From Candidatus Kapaibacterium sp. (lineage in GTDB: Bacteria; Bacteroidota; Ignavibacteria; Kapaibacteriales; UBA2268): a stretch of 64,000 nucleotides of DNA. This document shows positions 49,581 through 58,706 of this stretch, in pieces. Under the pieces are notes generated by a model. The model saw nothing but the letters and a program-made list of their open reading frames with translations. It was not told where the DNA came from and ran no database searches. Numbering within the stretch: position 1 is the first letter of the stretch; each line of letters opens with the position of its first letter. A program made the translations under genes and the position numbers. The stretch lies in contig OY762428.1 in assembly GCA_963665665.1 (NCBI GenBank), positions 4,384,001 through 4,448,000 of the forward strand, given 5' to 3'.

Positions 49581-50448
49581 TCAACCTCCTTTCCTGTTTG
49601 AATTTCTGAAGGAAAATGTCATAGTACATTACGCCGTCTTTGCTCTTATGTCGAAGCTTGCAGGCTGAAAGGAAGTTCCCTTTTTCACCCCAGAATGAAT
49701 CTTTCCGGGCCCATTCAGCGATTTGGTATATTTCATCCCGAGGCCGCTTATCTATGCGAATGAGCTTGTCGAAAGTATCACCCCAATTCCGAAAATCAGC
49801 ATCAGTGATTTTTTGAGTGGGTGGTAAAAGAGTCCTGAAGTATTCAGAAAATTTTTGTCCTTCCTCGGAAATCGAAGATTTCTGGGGAGAAGAAATAATA
49901 CTTTCTTTTTCTTTTATTTCCTTTCCTTTCTTTTCCTTTCCTTTGTTCAATTTTGTTCCCGAAGTGTTGAACACCTGATCGACATCTGTTCCGTTTCCGT
50001 TCCGTTTGTGTTCCTGTTCAGATGGATCATTGTTCAAATCCTGTTCATCATCAGCTTCATCCTGTTCAACTTTTTGCTGAGCTTTTGCCCTTCTCGCTTC
50101 TCCGGATTTCTTGCCTGCCAGTTGTTTCTTTTCTTTCAGTTCAGAAACCTTTTCTATCGACTGTAGGAGCCTTTTGGAGAACAGATAACCTTCATCATCA
50201 AGAACCAATAATTCAATTGTCTGAAGGAACTTTATGAACTCAAAGGCTTCCTCAGAGGATATTTTCAGCGACCAGGAAAATACTTCGAGGTTATCTTCAA
50301 ATTTTATCTTTCCGTTTTGCTCATGAAGCATTTCAATAAGCGCCCAAAACATCCCATATCCTGCCCATCCGTATTTAGACAGCAGTTTGATTATTTTCGG
50401 ATCCCTCACGGCATTGGCATCGTGTGAGAAATAATACGCTTCTTTCAT
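49525..50448 (-). CDS. Replication initiator (DUF4373/Lin1244-like N-terminus)
   Basis: YFSHDANAVRDPKI...GWAGYGMFWALIEML; low-complexity linker with TGTTC repeats (likely origin); WARKDSFW C-terminus. Confidence 0.8.
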   Translation of the reverse strand: MKEAYYFSHDANAVRDPKIIKLLSKYGWAGYGMFWALIEMLHEQNGKIKFEDNLEVFSWSLKISSEEAFEFIKFLQTIELLVLDDEGYLFSKRLLQSIEKVSELKEKKQLAGKKSGEARRAKAQQKVEQDEADDEQDLNNDPSEQEHKRNGNGTDVDQVFNTSGTKLNKGKEKKGKEIKEKESIISSPQKSSISEEGQKFSEYFRTLLPPTQKITDADFRNWGDTFDKLIRIDKRPRDEIYQIAEWARKDSFWGEKGNFLSACKLRHKSKDGVMYYDIFLQKFKQERRLNGSGKAKVQRPAWITAEE

Positions 50449-50532
50449 TTATTTATATCCAGTTTGTTTTTATCATTATCATAATTTTAATTAGCAATGT
50501 GCTGGAATTATAAAATCACACGAGTGTGTCTT

Positions 50533-51168
50533 TCATAATAATTCTTGTTCTGGTTTTAGAATTTCATAATTAAGTGTGTTGCCTAAATATTCAATATCAC
50601 AATCCCGGTTTCCATAGAATAGGCGGTCAATATTTGAGCAGGATTTATCTCCACCGAACCTTTCAATCAATTTGCTTATTGAATGCCTGAATTCTGACGG
50701 ACTGCTAATTCCCTTATCAATTACGAACACAATCCGGAACCTTTGGAACTCAGGTTTATGGCTTGGAGTGGTGTATAGTAACAAAGCATTTTCCTGTACG
50801 AATTCATCTTCAAAGGCTTCATGAAAGGTCAAATATCCTTCCTCTATGGTCTTTATTCGCTTATCATACTTCTTTGTAACCTTGTTATACTCCTTTACAT
50901 CATTATCAATGTCTATAGCCAGAATACGGGCAAAATCGACATCTTTTATTGATGGTTTCCTGCCTGAAGCAGTCGGTTTTAATACTCCTGGAGAAAAGGC
51001 AAATCCATCGGAAATATGATCCTGAAGGTTTTCTCCGGAAAATTCCACATTTTGCCAGCCATAAGTAGCAGGATTGGCTTTGTTAATCATGTTTTTGTTA
51101 ATGCTAAGTTGAAATTTCATTTCAATCTCCTGATTATAGTTTGAATTATTTGTTTGCGATGATTGCAA
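50533..51168 (-). CDS. Primase-polymerase-like (AEP-type) domain protein
   Basis: LAIDID, YTTPSH, RFRIVF, DKSC.NIDRLFYG. Confidence 0.65.
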   Translation of the reverse strand: MQSSQTNNSNYNQEIEMKFQLSINKNMINKANPATYGWQNVEFSGENLQDHISDGFAFSPGVLKPTASGRKPSIKDVDFARILAIDIDNDVKEYNKVTKKYDKRIKTIEEGYLTFHEAFEDEFVQENALLLYTTPSHKPEFQRFRIVFVIDKGISSPSEFRHSISKLIERFGGDKSCSNIDRLFYGNRDCDIEYLGNTLNYEILKPEQELL

Positions 51169-51230
51169 ATAAACCCTGGATGAGCGAAATATTTAAACAA
51201 AGGGATTATAAAATATTTTTACATAATTAG

Positions 51231-51296
51231 GGTTGACAGCTGACAAGGATTTTCTTCATTTACAATCAACTATCAACCTCCAATTATCAAATAATC
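51231..51296. repeat. Degenerate inverted heptamer array
   Basis: ggttgacagctgacaagg ... caatcaactatcaacctccaattatcaaat. Confidence 0.55.
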
Positions 51297-53256
51297 ATGC
51301 TGCTTGTTCAGTTTCAATTTTCAATTCAGAATCACCTACCTTTGTAACAATCATCTGTAATCCGGATTCCATGGCTTTGGATTTGAACTCATTGAAAGTA
51401 TCCTGATCCAGTTTTTCAATTCCATCCACACAGATAATCCCAAGATCACCGGCCCTTAGTTTGGCAACCTCTACTGCAAGTTTCACCTGTTCAGCAGTAT
51501 TCAGTTTGTCGAATACAACTTCCTTACTGTAAATCTCGCCGTCCTTGATTTCAAGGCCTTTTATTGGCAATACTTTCATCAGGTCGCTTTTCATATTATC
51601 AAGGTTACCAATAGCCTGTGACAGCTTCTCAGATTCTTCTTTAAGTTGTTTGCACTCTTCTTCGAACTGCTGTAACAGTTCCCTTGTTTTCTCCTGTGAA
51701 GAAATCTCTTTCTGCTTTTCCTTAAGCCCTGAAATCTTATCTACAAGCGGAATATACTTTTCATCAAATTTGGTCTGGATATCTTCTTTCTGCTTTTCAA
51801 ATTGTTCATGGATCCCCTGTTTAATCTCGTCATGTTCATTCCTGAGCTTGTTAATCTCGGTTTCGAACCGTTCAGCTTCCTCATCAAGGCTGGCAATTTT
51901 AAAATTAGTAGCTTTGTCCAGAAAGAAGCTCTTTTTAGATTCCATATCTCCCTTCTTGTTTTCAAGCTCTTTGAGCCTGTCTGAGATTGATTCAGGCAAA
52001 ATATCAGCTGTAGTAACAGATCCCTGTAATTGTGTCATCGTAGAAAGCTTTTCTTTCAAAGCCCTATTCACTCCTGTTCTTTCATCATAGAATTGCTTCT
52101 GAATTTTTGAAATAGCTTCGAGGGCATGTTCCGATAAATCTGCATTGACCTTGCCGCTCATACCGTTCAGGTATTGCTCAAGGCTTTCCGTAGTGATTTT
52201 CATTGGTATAGCTTCAAGCAGGTAATTAACCCTGTTCTTCTTATCAGCCGATAAGAAATGCACCGGATTTACTGAAATCATATCTATCAGCTTGTCAATG
52301 TATCCTTGTGGCTTACTAATGCTGTTTCCTTCTGCATCATGAAGTTTGATATTAGATTTGTTGGCTGTTACTGTTTTGCTTAGATGAACGCCGTCATCCA
52401 GTACAAGAACAATTTCGCCCTTATCAGTTCCGTTCCTGAGAAGCTTTGCATCATGACCGCCTTTCAGGGCATGTTTGATAGATTCAAGGATACTGGTCTT
52501 GCCAGTTCCATTCTTTCCTTCAATGAGTGTGAAATTACCCGGTGAGAATTCAATATCCTCTATCCCGAGCAAATTGGATATTTTTATCTTTTGAATATTC
52601 ATGTCCGTTTCTCCTGGTTTATTATTCTTTGGTTTGTTTTGGAAGTATTCTTCCAGCTTTCTGCTCTGAATAAATTCAAGAAAAGATGTGAGCAGTTCAT
52701 TTAAATCACTGTCCAGATCAGGATAGCGGTCAAATGAGAACTGCTCTATTCCTCTTAGCTGAATGCCGTTTTTTGCATCGTAGAAGCAGAATACATTGTA
52801 GCTGACTTTCTCTGCTTCAAATATGTCCATATAGTATTTCCATTGGCATGACTGAAAGTACCTTTCAAAGCTGAAGCCTCCCCAGCAGGTCTTGTTTTCA
52901 TAAACATAGTTGCCGAATAGCTGGTCAACTTTAGCTACTACTTCAACCTGTTCATTTCCAATATCATATACTTTCGTTGTCTTGACTTCGAACGATGCTT
53001 CCTGATTAATAGCCTGATAGCATTGGGCTATGATATCATAGTTAAACTCAATTCCGTTTTTGGCTATGAAGCATTTCTTCTCTTCCGAATACCTTTCATT
53101 AATCTTTTCAAGAATATCATGGAACGCTGTTCCAAGTTCCATGTACCTTGATGGTTCATACTTGCCCCTGATTCGTTTCAGCAGGGCTTCCTCTTCTAAT
53201 GAACCTTTCAGGTAATTCCGGAAAGATTCTATTGTTGTTACTGAGATTTTAAGCAT
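51295..53256 (-). CDS. PD-(D/E)XK exonuclease-like domain fused to SMC/Rad50-like ATPase
   Basis: N-terminal GTAFH...AKVD...YENKT...QW; from MNIQKIK: GKNGTGKTS, coiled coil, LNTAEQ, ICVDGIEKLD. Confidence 0.8.
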   Translation of the reverse strand: MLKISVTTIESFRNYLKGSLEEEALLKRIRGKYEPSRYMELGTAFHDILEKINERYSEEKKCFIAKNGIEFNYDIIAQCYQAINQEASFEVKTTKVYDIGNEQVEVVAKVDQLFGNYVYENKTCWGGFSFERYFQSCQWKYYMDIFEAEKVSYNVFCFYDAKNGIQLRGIEQFSFDRYPDLDSDLNELLTSFLEFIQSRKLEEYFQNKPKNNKPGETDMNIQKIKISNLLGIEDIEFSPGNFTLIEGKNGTGKTSILESIKHALKGGHDAKLLRNGTDKGEIVLVLDDGVHLSKTVTANKSNIKLHDAEGNSISKPQGYIDKLIDMISVNPVHFLSADKKNRVNYLLEAIPMKITTESLEQYLNGMSGKVNADLSEHALEAISKIQKQFYDERTGVNRALKEKLSTMTQLQGSVTTADILPESISDRLKELENKKGDMESKKSFFLDKATNFKIASLDEEAERFETEINKLRNEHDEIKQGIHEQFEKQKEDIQTKFDEKYIPLVDKISGLKEKQKEISSQEKTRELLQQFEEECKQLKEESEKLSQAIGNLDNMKSDLMKVLPIKGLEIKDGEIYSKEVVFDKLNTAEQVKLAVEVAKLRAGDLGIICVDGIEKLDQDTFNEFKSKAMESGLQMIVTKVGDSELKIETEQAA

Positions 53257-53267
53257 TTCTGACCTCC

Positions 53268-54230
53268 TTATTCAAAACTGAAATCCGGTTCCGGAACTGC
53301 TTCTTTTATTGTGGGAACTGCCCTTGCTTCGACAATTGTAATAGGATAAAATTTCTTGTCATTTTTGTTGAATTCAAGATTCAGCTCTTTTGCTCTTTGC
53401 TGAATTTTATCCCATAACTGCTTCTTAATTCCGTTTTTAAGTCCAGAAATATCCTGCATGAAAGAGTTTATTTCATCATCTGAACTCATGTTCTTTACTT
53501 TGCTGTTGAGATCATTGATTAGCTTTACTGTTTCAGCCTGGCTTTGTGTCTGTCCGTTTATTGCGTCTTTCATTTCCTGCATCAGGCCTGAAAAATAATC
53601 CGGCACACTGTTGAAATTTGGTATTTCCAATGCCGGAAACTTTGCTGAGTTCTTGCCAATCCAGTAATCAGTCGGATTGAAATCTATTGTTCTTTTATTA
53701 TCCCGTATAAACAAATAACCTGCAAAATCCGCTGTTTGAAGAACTCTGTCATAGCTTCCACCTGTTATTGCCGGCCTTTTGATCCTTAGATCACCTTCAT
53801 CCTTTTCCTTAACATGGGCAATCATCACCACATCTTTGCCGAGTGTTTTGAGCTTGCCTACGAATAGTGAAAACTCATCTTTCAGCCTGCCGAAGAACTG
53901 AAGCTTATTTCTGGCAAGCTTTGGTTCCTGATCTACAATCCATGCCCCTATATAATCCAATAGGGTGTCTATGGTATCAAGAATGATGGTATCATACTGG
54001 TTGAATGTTTTGATCAGCTCTGACATATTATTATTTATCTGCTTCCACGATTCAATGACCATTACATCCTTACGGAATTCGATTCTGTGAACTCCCTTGT
54101 CAAAGTCAAGTGTTAGCGGTTTTAACGCTGTATTTACAAGGCTTGTTTTGCCTGCTCCCGGTTCTCCATAGATAAGTACATTGACAGTATCTATGCGTAA
54201 GGGTTCATCGGATTTAACTATTTTAAACAT
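53268..54230 (-). CDS. AAA_24 / Sak4-like phage recombination ATPase
   Basis: LIYGEPGAGKTS, LDFDKG, IILDT, MIAH, GKN. Confidence 0.85.
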   Translation of the reverse strand: MFKIVKSDEPLRIDTVNVLIYGEPGAGKTSLVNTALKPLTLDFDKGVHRIEFRKDVMVIESWKQINNNMSELIKTFNQYDTIILDTIDTLLDYIGAWIVDQEPKLARNKLQFFGRLKDEFSLFVGKLKTLGKDVVMIAHVKEKDEGDLRIKRPAITGGSYDRVLQTADFAGYLFIRDNKRTIDFNPTDYWIGKNSAKFPALEIPNFNSVPDYFSGLMQEMKDAINGQTQSQAETVKLINDLNSKVKNMSSDDEINSFMQDISGLKNGIKKQLWDKIQQRAKELNLEFNKNDKKFYPITIVEARAVPTIKEAVPEPDFSFE

Positions 54231-54232
54231 AT

Positions 54233-54373
54233 TCAGACTCCTTTATTTATCAATATTATTGCTATTAGTAAAAGTGTTATCGAGATATAAATCCCGATCA
54301 TGGCTATCCTGCTGGCAGCTTTTCTGCTTACTGGAGGATAGTAATTCAATTTCTTTAGTTTTATCTGTTTCAT
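54233..54373 (-). CDS. Small membrane protein (46 aa), not in ORF track
   Basis: MKQIKLKKLNYYPPVSRKAASRIAMIGIYISITLLLIAIILINKGV; AGAGG RBS. Confidence 0.55.
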   Translation of the reverse strand: MKQIKLKKLNYYPPVSRKAASRIAMIGIYISITLLLIAIILINKGV

Positions 54374-54384
54374 GCTTACCTCTT

Positions 54385-54462
54385 TGTTAGTTGATAGTTG
54401 ACAGTTGAAAATTGATAGTTGTTTTCTTTCACTTTACACTCTCCACTTTCAACTTTCCACTG
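54385..54462. repeat. Inverted heptamer array
   Basis: tgttagttgatagttgacagttgaaaattgatagttg ... tttcactttacactctccactttcaactttccactg. Confidence 0.8.
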
Positions 54463-55622
54463 GTAAAAGGCCTGTCGTAATTCTCGATATTTTCAAGGAT
54501 ATTAACAGAAGCGGTTTCCAGTTCATATCTCAGATCAGGCTGAACATTCTGGGCTAAGTAGGTAAGGCTTTGTACTGCTCCGAATCCTGTAGTATCCCGA
54601 CCGAGCATGAAATAGTTCAATAGCTCGCTTTTCCTTTCCTCGGAGAATCCTAAGGAAACACTTATATTATTAACTGCATCTACCGGATGTTCAAGTAGTT
54701 TCGAACCTTTCATTGTCATTTCGTCAAGTACTTTGCCGATATAATCTTCTGATAAATAGGCCTTGACAGCATCCTGAACCTGGCACTGGATTAATTCCAG
54801 CTCCTTCTGCCGGGTACTCTCGCTCCAATCGAATGTCCCAACATCCATCTTCGTTCCGAGGTGTTTCTCGGCAATTTTATCTTTGTGGAGGATCATTCCG
54901 TTCCGGCAGGCTAAAACTGTAAGCCTTGGCGCTATTGTAAATGTTGCATGTCCGGTTTCTGAATTGCTCAGTACAAATCCGGTACAAACCCCGAACCCTC
55001 CGTCATTGTTATTGCCGTTTGGAACATTGTAGTTCTTTAGAAGCTCCGGAGCGGATTTTACAATATCAGGGGCAATAAACCTGACATACATTCTCTGTTC
55101 TGTAAGGTCTGCGCTTTCAATTATTACATTCCTATCTGAACTTTTAATAGCATCAAGGGCTGTAATCAGTATATCAAGATGGTCGATCACTTTGAACCTG
55201 TCGCTTAAGAAAGCTCTTGCTATTCCGTTTGAACCGTTATTACAGGTAAAAGTCCTCAGGAAATAATTTGAAGGCTTTCTGCCTAACCACTCGGACACAT
55301 TGTAGTCAAGCATCTCTACTGCTTCGGTTCTCATTTTCTCATAATACCTGCCTGGGATACCAAGCTTGTCAGATATTTGAGCGTGGCATGAATCAGTCAG
55401 ATCAAATATCTCATTATTAGATTCTCCGGATGATGAAATACCTGATTCTTTAAGCAGGTCCTGAAGCTCTACATCAGATTCCTGATTCAACAGATTAAGC
55501 CTGCCCTCTCTCATTGAGATGGCTGTCGATGGGACTATCAAATCCCTTTTTCTGATCTTCTGACTTTCAAGTTTCTCAACCAGAACCTGTAAGTCAACTT
55601 TTGCAAAATTTTCTTGTTCCAT
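54429..55622 (-). CDS. DUF932-family protein
   Basis: HAQISDKLGIP..YY, ARAFLSDRF, GFVLSNSETG, ACRNGMI, H.G. Confidence 0.8.
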   Translation of the reverse strand: MEQENFAKVDLQVLVEKLESQKIRKRDLIVPSTAISMREGRLNLLNQESDVELQDLLKESGISSSGESNNEIFDLTDSCHAQISDKLGIPGRYYEKMRTEAVEMLDYNVSEWLGRKPSNYFLRTFTCNNGSNGIARAFLSDRFKVIDHLDILITALDAIKSSDRNVIIESADLTEQRMYVRFIAPDIVKSAPELLKNYNVPNGNNNDGGFGVCTGFVLSNSETGHATFTIAPRLTVLACRNGMILHKDKIAEKHLGTKMDVGTFDWSESTRQKELELIQCQVQDAVKAYLSEDYIGKVLDEMTMKGSKLLEHPVDAVNNISVSLGFSEERKSELLNYFMLGRDTTGFGAVQSLTYLAQNVQPDLRYELETASVNILENIENYDRPFTSGKLKVESVK

Positions 55623-55635
55623 TAGAATTTTCTCC

Positions 55636-55845
55636 TTATCTTTGATTTGGAATTAAAGTATTCTTGAAGGCCTTTTGAGTACCAGTCAAAGGGCTTTCTT
55701 CTTTTTTATGCTTAGTTATGTATTCCGCAATTGCTTCTCTGACCTGGACAGTAATTGGTTTTCTGATACCATTCTGTTTCAGGTTTTCTCTTCTGTGATA
55801 TAGCTCTGTAACAAGCTCCGGATCAATTTTCATGAAGTATGCCAT
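55636..55845 (-). CDS. Small putative DNA-binding protein (RHH-like)
   Basis: MKIDPELVTELY...PITVQVREAIAEYI. Confidence 0.55.
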   Translation of the reverse strand: MAYFMKIDPELVTELYHRRENLKQNGIRKPITVQVREAIAEYITKHKKEESPLTGTQKAFKNTLIPNQR

Positions 55846-56254
55846 CTAACACTCCTTCATTTATTTTCAATCCAAGTTTGTTAAGAATAGGTGTGATCTC
55901 TGAAGAGCTTACAAGCCTTCCTCCGTTAACTGACCAGAATGTATCGAACCACCATTTCATGCCCGGGCATCTGAAACGCCATAATGAGAATTGGGGTATA
56001 TTACTTTTAACCAGAAATACAAAGACTTCGGTTTTATTCTCATCTACGAAACTTCCGATTGGCTCAGTGTCAGCTCCGGATTCTTTCCTGATGAACTGCT
56101 TAAAATCTTCATATTCATTTTCTGCTATGATACATCCGTCCCATACTGCGATGGTATATCCTTCTGAATTTATCCAGTCATTCTCTTCCGAAAACCATCT
56201 GGTTTTACCGTCTGCTTCAGTTGTTCTAATCATGGTAAGTCCTCCGATCCCCAA
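55823..56254 (-). CDS. Hypothetical protein
   Basis: ORF in the early leftward operon; start may be ~56233. Confidence 0.6.
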   Translation of the reverse strand: MGIGGLTMIRTTEADGKTRWFSEENDWINSEGYTIAVWDGCIIAENEYEDFKQFIRKESGADTEPIGSFVDENKTEVFVFLVKSNIPQFSLWRFRCPGMKWWFDTFWSVNGGRLVSSSEITPILNKLGLKINEGVLDGILHEN

Positions 56255-56451
56255 TTTCCGCTAACATTGTTCTGATCGGCTATTTTCTGGACTTCTCTTT
56301 CCAGCTTGACAGTTTCTGATTTTGATCTTGTTCCGAAATAGAATGATCGAAGATTGTAACTGACTCCGTCTGCTGAATACTTTGATTTATTTAAAGCTGA
56401 CTTGAAAACCGAAAAATCTTTTTCATCTTCGCATGTGAAAACTAAGTTCAT
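56230..56451 (-). CDS. Hypothetical protein
   Basis: 73 aa, translationally coupled. Confidence 0.55.
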   Translation of the reverse strand: MNLVFTCEDEKDFSVFKSALNKSKYSADGVSYNLRSFYFGTRSKSETVKLEREVQKIADQNNVSGNWGSEDLP

Positions 56452-56678
56452 AGCGTCTCCTTTTCTGATAATTCCTCTATCGTGTCGTCAACGGTCACCA
56501 TAGAACCGCCAAGGTAATCATGTTCTTTCAGTATTGCTGTTTTGATGTGAGCATACCAGTACATTTCCGCCCTGGATTTTGTAGTTCCTTCAGGAATGAT
56601 GTTTCTTGCTTCCTCAAGAAGCTCAAGCATCTCTTCTCTGATCTCTTCGAGCCTTTCTTTTGCACGGTCTTTTCCCAT
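56448..56678 (-). CDS. Hypothetical protein
   Basis: 76 aa, AAGGA RBS. Confidence 0.6.
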   Translation of the reverse strand: MGKDRAKERLEEIREEMLELLEEARNIIPEGTTKSRAEMYWYAHIKTAILKEHDYLGGSMVTVDDTIEELSEKETL

Positions 56679-56736
56679 GGTATTTCCTTAAATCGTTATA
56701 AAATTGATTAATTATTTTTCCTGCATGGCAGGATGA

Positions 56737-57045
56737 TTAGCTCAGGTAAGTGGCTTTTAATCTCGCCATAACTTCATCTTTTTTTGAACTGCTTGGAGCC
56801 GGTTTATGTACCATTACCATCTTTTCTGTTCTTTGTCTTATATCCTGCATATTCAGTTCACAGGCCTTGTAAAAATCTTCATATCTGTATTTTGGTAATG
56901 AGCCGGAATATGTAAAGGGCTTTAGCCATTTATTCCTGACCCATCGGTACAGTTCCTTTTCACCGATTCCGAATTGGGTAAGCTCTCTGATATTATAAAG
57001 CTTCATTTTCAAGTATCCGTCGGTTTTATTATCAACTTTTTTCAC
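56737..57045 (-). CDS. Excisionase-like HTH protein
   Basis: LYNIREL..FGIGEKELYRWVRNKWLKP...KYRYEDF. Confidence 0.7.
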   Translation of the reverse strand: MKKVDNKTDGYLKMKLYNIRELTQFGIGEKELYRWVRNKWLKPFTYSGSLPKYRYEDFYKACELNMQDIRQRTEKMVMVHKPAPSSSKKDEVMARLKATYLS

Positions 57046-57087
57046 CTTTCTTCCTTCGATTCTTCTACAAAAAGGGTGATTTCATTA

Positions 57088-57366
57088 TCAAATTGCGGTT
57101 TTGTTATTACTGTAATTAGAATTATTTTCTAACTCTTCTAATTCTCTTTCGATATTAATGGATTTTGCATGAATCAGCTCCCTAAGAGCCCTTTTCTTAC
57201 TTATCCTTGTTTCTGCTTCGTACTTAGCAGCAATTTCTAATGTTGCTGGATCATGTTGGACAAATATTCTGTGCCATGCCAATTGATGTGAACAACCGAG
57301 CTTCCGAGCGACTTTAGCCACTACCCCTCTGCTTAGTACGCTATTATATTTTCTCTGCTTTTCCAT
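57088..57366 (-). CDS. Cro-like HTH protein
   Basis: GVVAKVARKLGCSHQLAW; divergent from the repressor. Confidence 0.65.
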   Translation of the reverse strand: MEKQRKYNSVLSRGVVAKVARKLGCSHQLAWHRIFVQHDPATLEIAAKYEAETRISKKRALRELIHAKSINIERELEELENNSNYSNNKTAI

Positions 57367-57517
57367 CTTAACTCATAATTTATTTGTTAATATTTGTAAT
57401 TTTTTGTAAATTACGTTTAAATAGATTTGAAATCTATTTTCAAAAACAAAAATAGAAAATATTTCCAATATATGCAAGAAATATTTTCTCATTCAGGAAA
57501 TTTTTGTTGAGGGAATA
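57367..57517. promoter_or_regulatory. Lysis/lysogeny switch region with candidate operators
   Basis: AAATAGATTT-G-AAATCTATTT (57419-57439), inverted GAAAATATTTC/GAAATATTTTC pair, minus-strand TATTTTTG box. Confidence 0.55.
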
Positions 57518-58186
57518 ATGAAAGAAAACAACAGAGAGATCGGAGAGAGGATATTTAACGTCATAAAAGAGCTGGAGCTTACAGTTGATAAGTTTGCCGA
57601 TGCTGTGGATACAACTAAATTCCGGTTATACAGTTATAAGGCTGGCAAGGCAGAGGCTCCTCAGGACTTATTAGAAGCATTAGAAGAAAAGTTAGGAATA
57701 AATCCTAAGTATATTAGAAAAGGTGAAGAACCAATGTTCTTAGGTAATACGGCTATTGCTCAAAGGCCTGCACCAAAAAATCTTGAATTATTTGGTGTGG
57801 AATCCAGGGAAGACAGAAGGATCCCGGTATTTCTGATGCCTGTTCCTGCAGGAAGTCCAAGCCCTATAGATGATTACATCGACCGATATTTCAATATTGA
57901 TAAACTTTTTAAGCAGAAGTCATTTATCATAAAAGTAACTGGCGATAGTATGATTGAAGCAGATATTAAGGAAGGCGACGAGTTGCTGATTGATGTCGAG
58001 GTTCAGTACCGGGATAATGATATTGTAATTGCATCTGTCGAAGGTAATCTAACACTAAAAAGGATTAAAAAGGTTAATGGTTATACATTGCTTCACCCCG
58101 AAAACCCAAAGTATGAACCAATTAAGGTTGACGGGGATACACAAATTCTTGGGGTCGTTACCAGAATAATGAGGACGCCCAAATAA
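57518..58186 (+). CDS. CI/LexA-like repressor (HTH + S24 peptidase)
   Basis: N-terminal HTH, VPAG cleavage site, VTGDSM (Ser), TLKR (Lys), LHPENPKY. Confidence 0.92.
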   Translation: MKENNREIGERIFNVIKELELTVDKFADAVDTTKFRLYSYKAGKAEAPQDLLEALEEKLGINPKYIRKGEEPMFLGNTAIAQRPAPKNLELFGVESREDRRIPVFLMPVPAGSPSPIDDYIDRYFNIDKLFKQKSFIIKVTGDSMIEADIKEGDELLIDVEVQYRDNDIVIASVEGNLTLKRIKKVNGYTLLHPENPKYEPIKVDGDTQILGVVTRIMRTPK

Positions 58187-58203
58187 CTTATTAGGAGGCT
58201 GTC

Positions 58204-58671
58204 ATGAAGATCCGAAAAATTTACAAGGCATCAGATGAATATAAAAAGAAGCGATATAATGTAAAGTACTTCTACGAGGACGAGAATAATCTCAAATATG
58301 TTTCGGTTGATCCCGAAGAAAAGCAAAGGGCAATCTGGGAACATAATGAGATCAGAGAAATCTTTGCCCTTGAACATCTTTTAGTCGCTATTCTCGACGA
58401 TGACCTGCCCGAACTGGATTACAAGAAAAATGACCAAGTGCTGATAACCGACAGTCTCCCGCTAAAAAATTCTTGCTGTGTAGTGATATCATATGACGAA
58501 AATTATTATTTTGCAAAATATAATGAAGGTTCGGACAAGGATATTTTTACGCTTAAACCCTACTCGGATGATTTCCCGGAATTCACCGGGCAAGATAAAG
58601 GAGAATATGATATAATTGGAATGGTAGTTCTGCATGAACGAGGTGTGGAAGAGGAATGTTTGGCAGAGTAA
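58204..58671 (+). CDS. Degenerate S24-like domain protein lacking HTH
   Basis: Aligns by eye to the repressor C-terminal domain (D.VLI, VV.S, LKPYSDDF, IIGMVV). Confidence 0.55.
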   Translation: MKIRKIYKASDEYKKKRYNVKYFYEDENNLKYVSVDPEEKQRAIWEHNEIREIFALEHLLVAILDDDLPELDYKKNDQVLITDSLPLKNSCCVVISYDENYYFAKYNEGSDKDIFTLKPYSDDFPEFTGQDKGEYDIIGMVVLHERGVEEECLAE

Positions 58672-58706
58672 TTGTTGTATATTTTTCATCTTAGATACAA
58701 ACAGAA

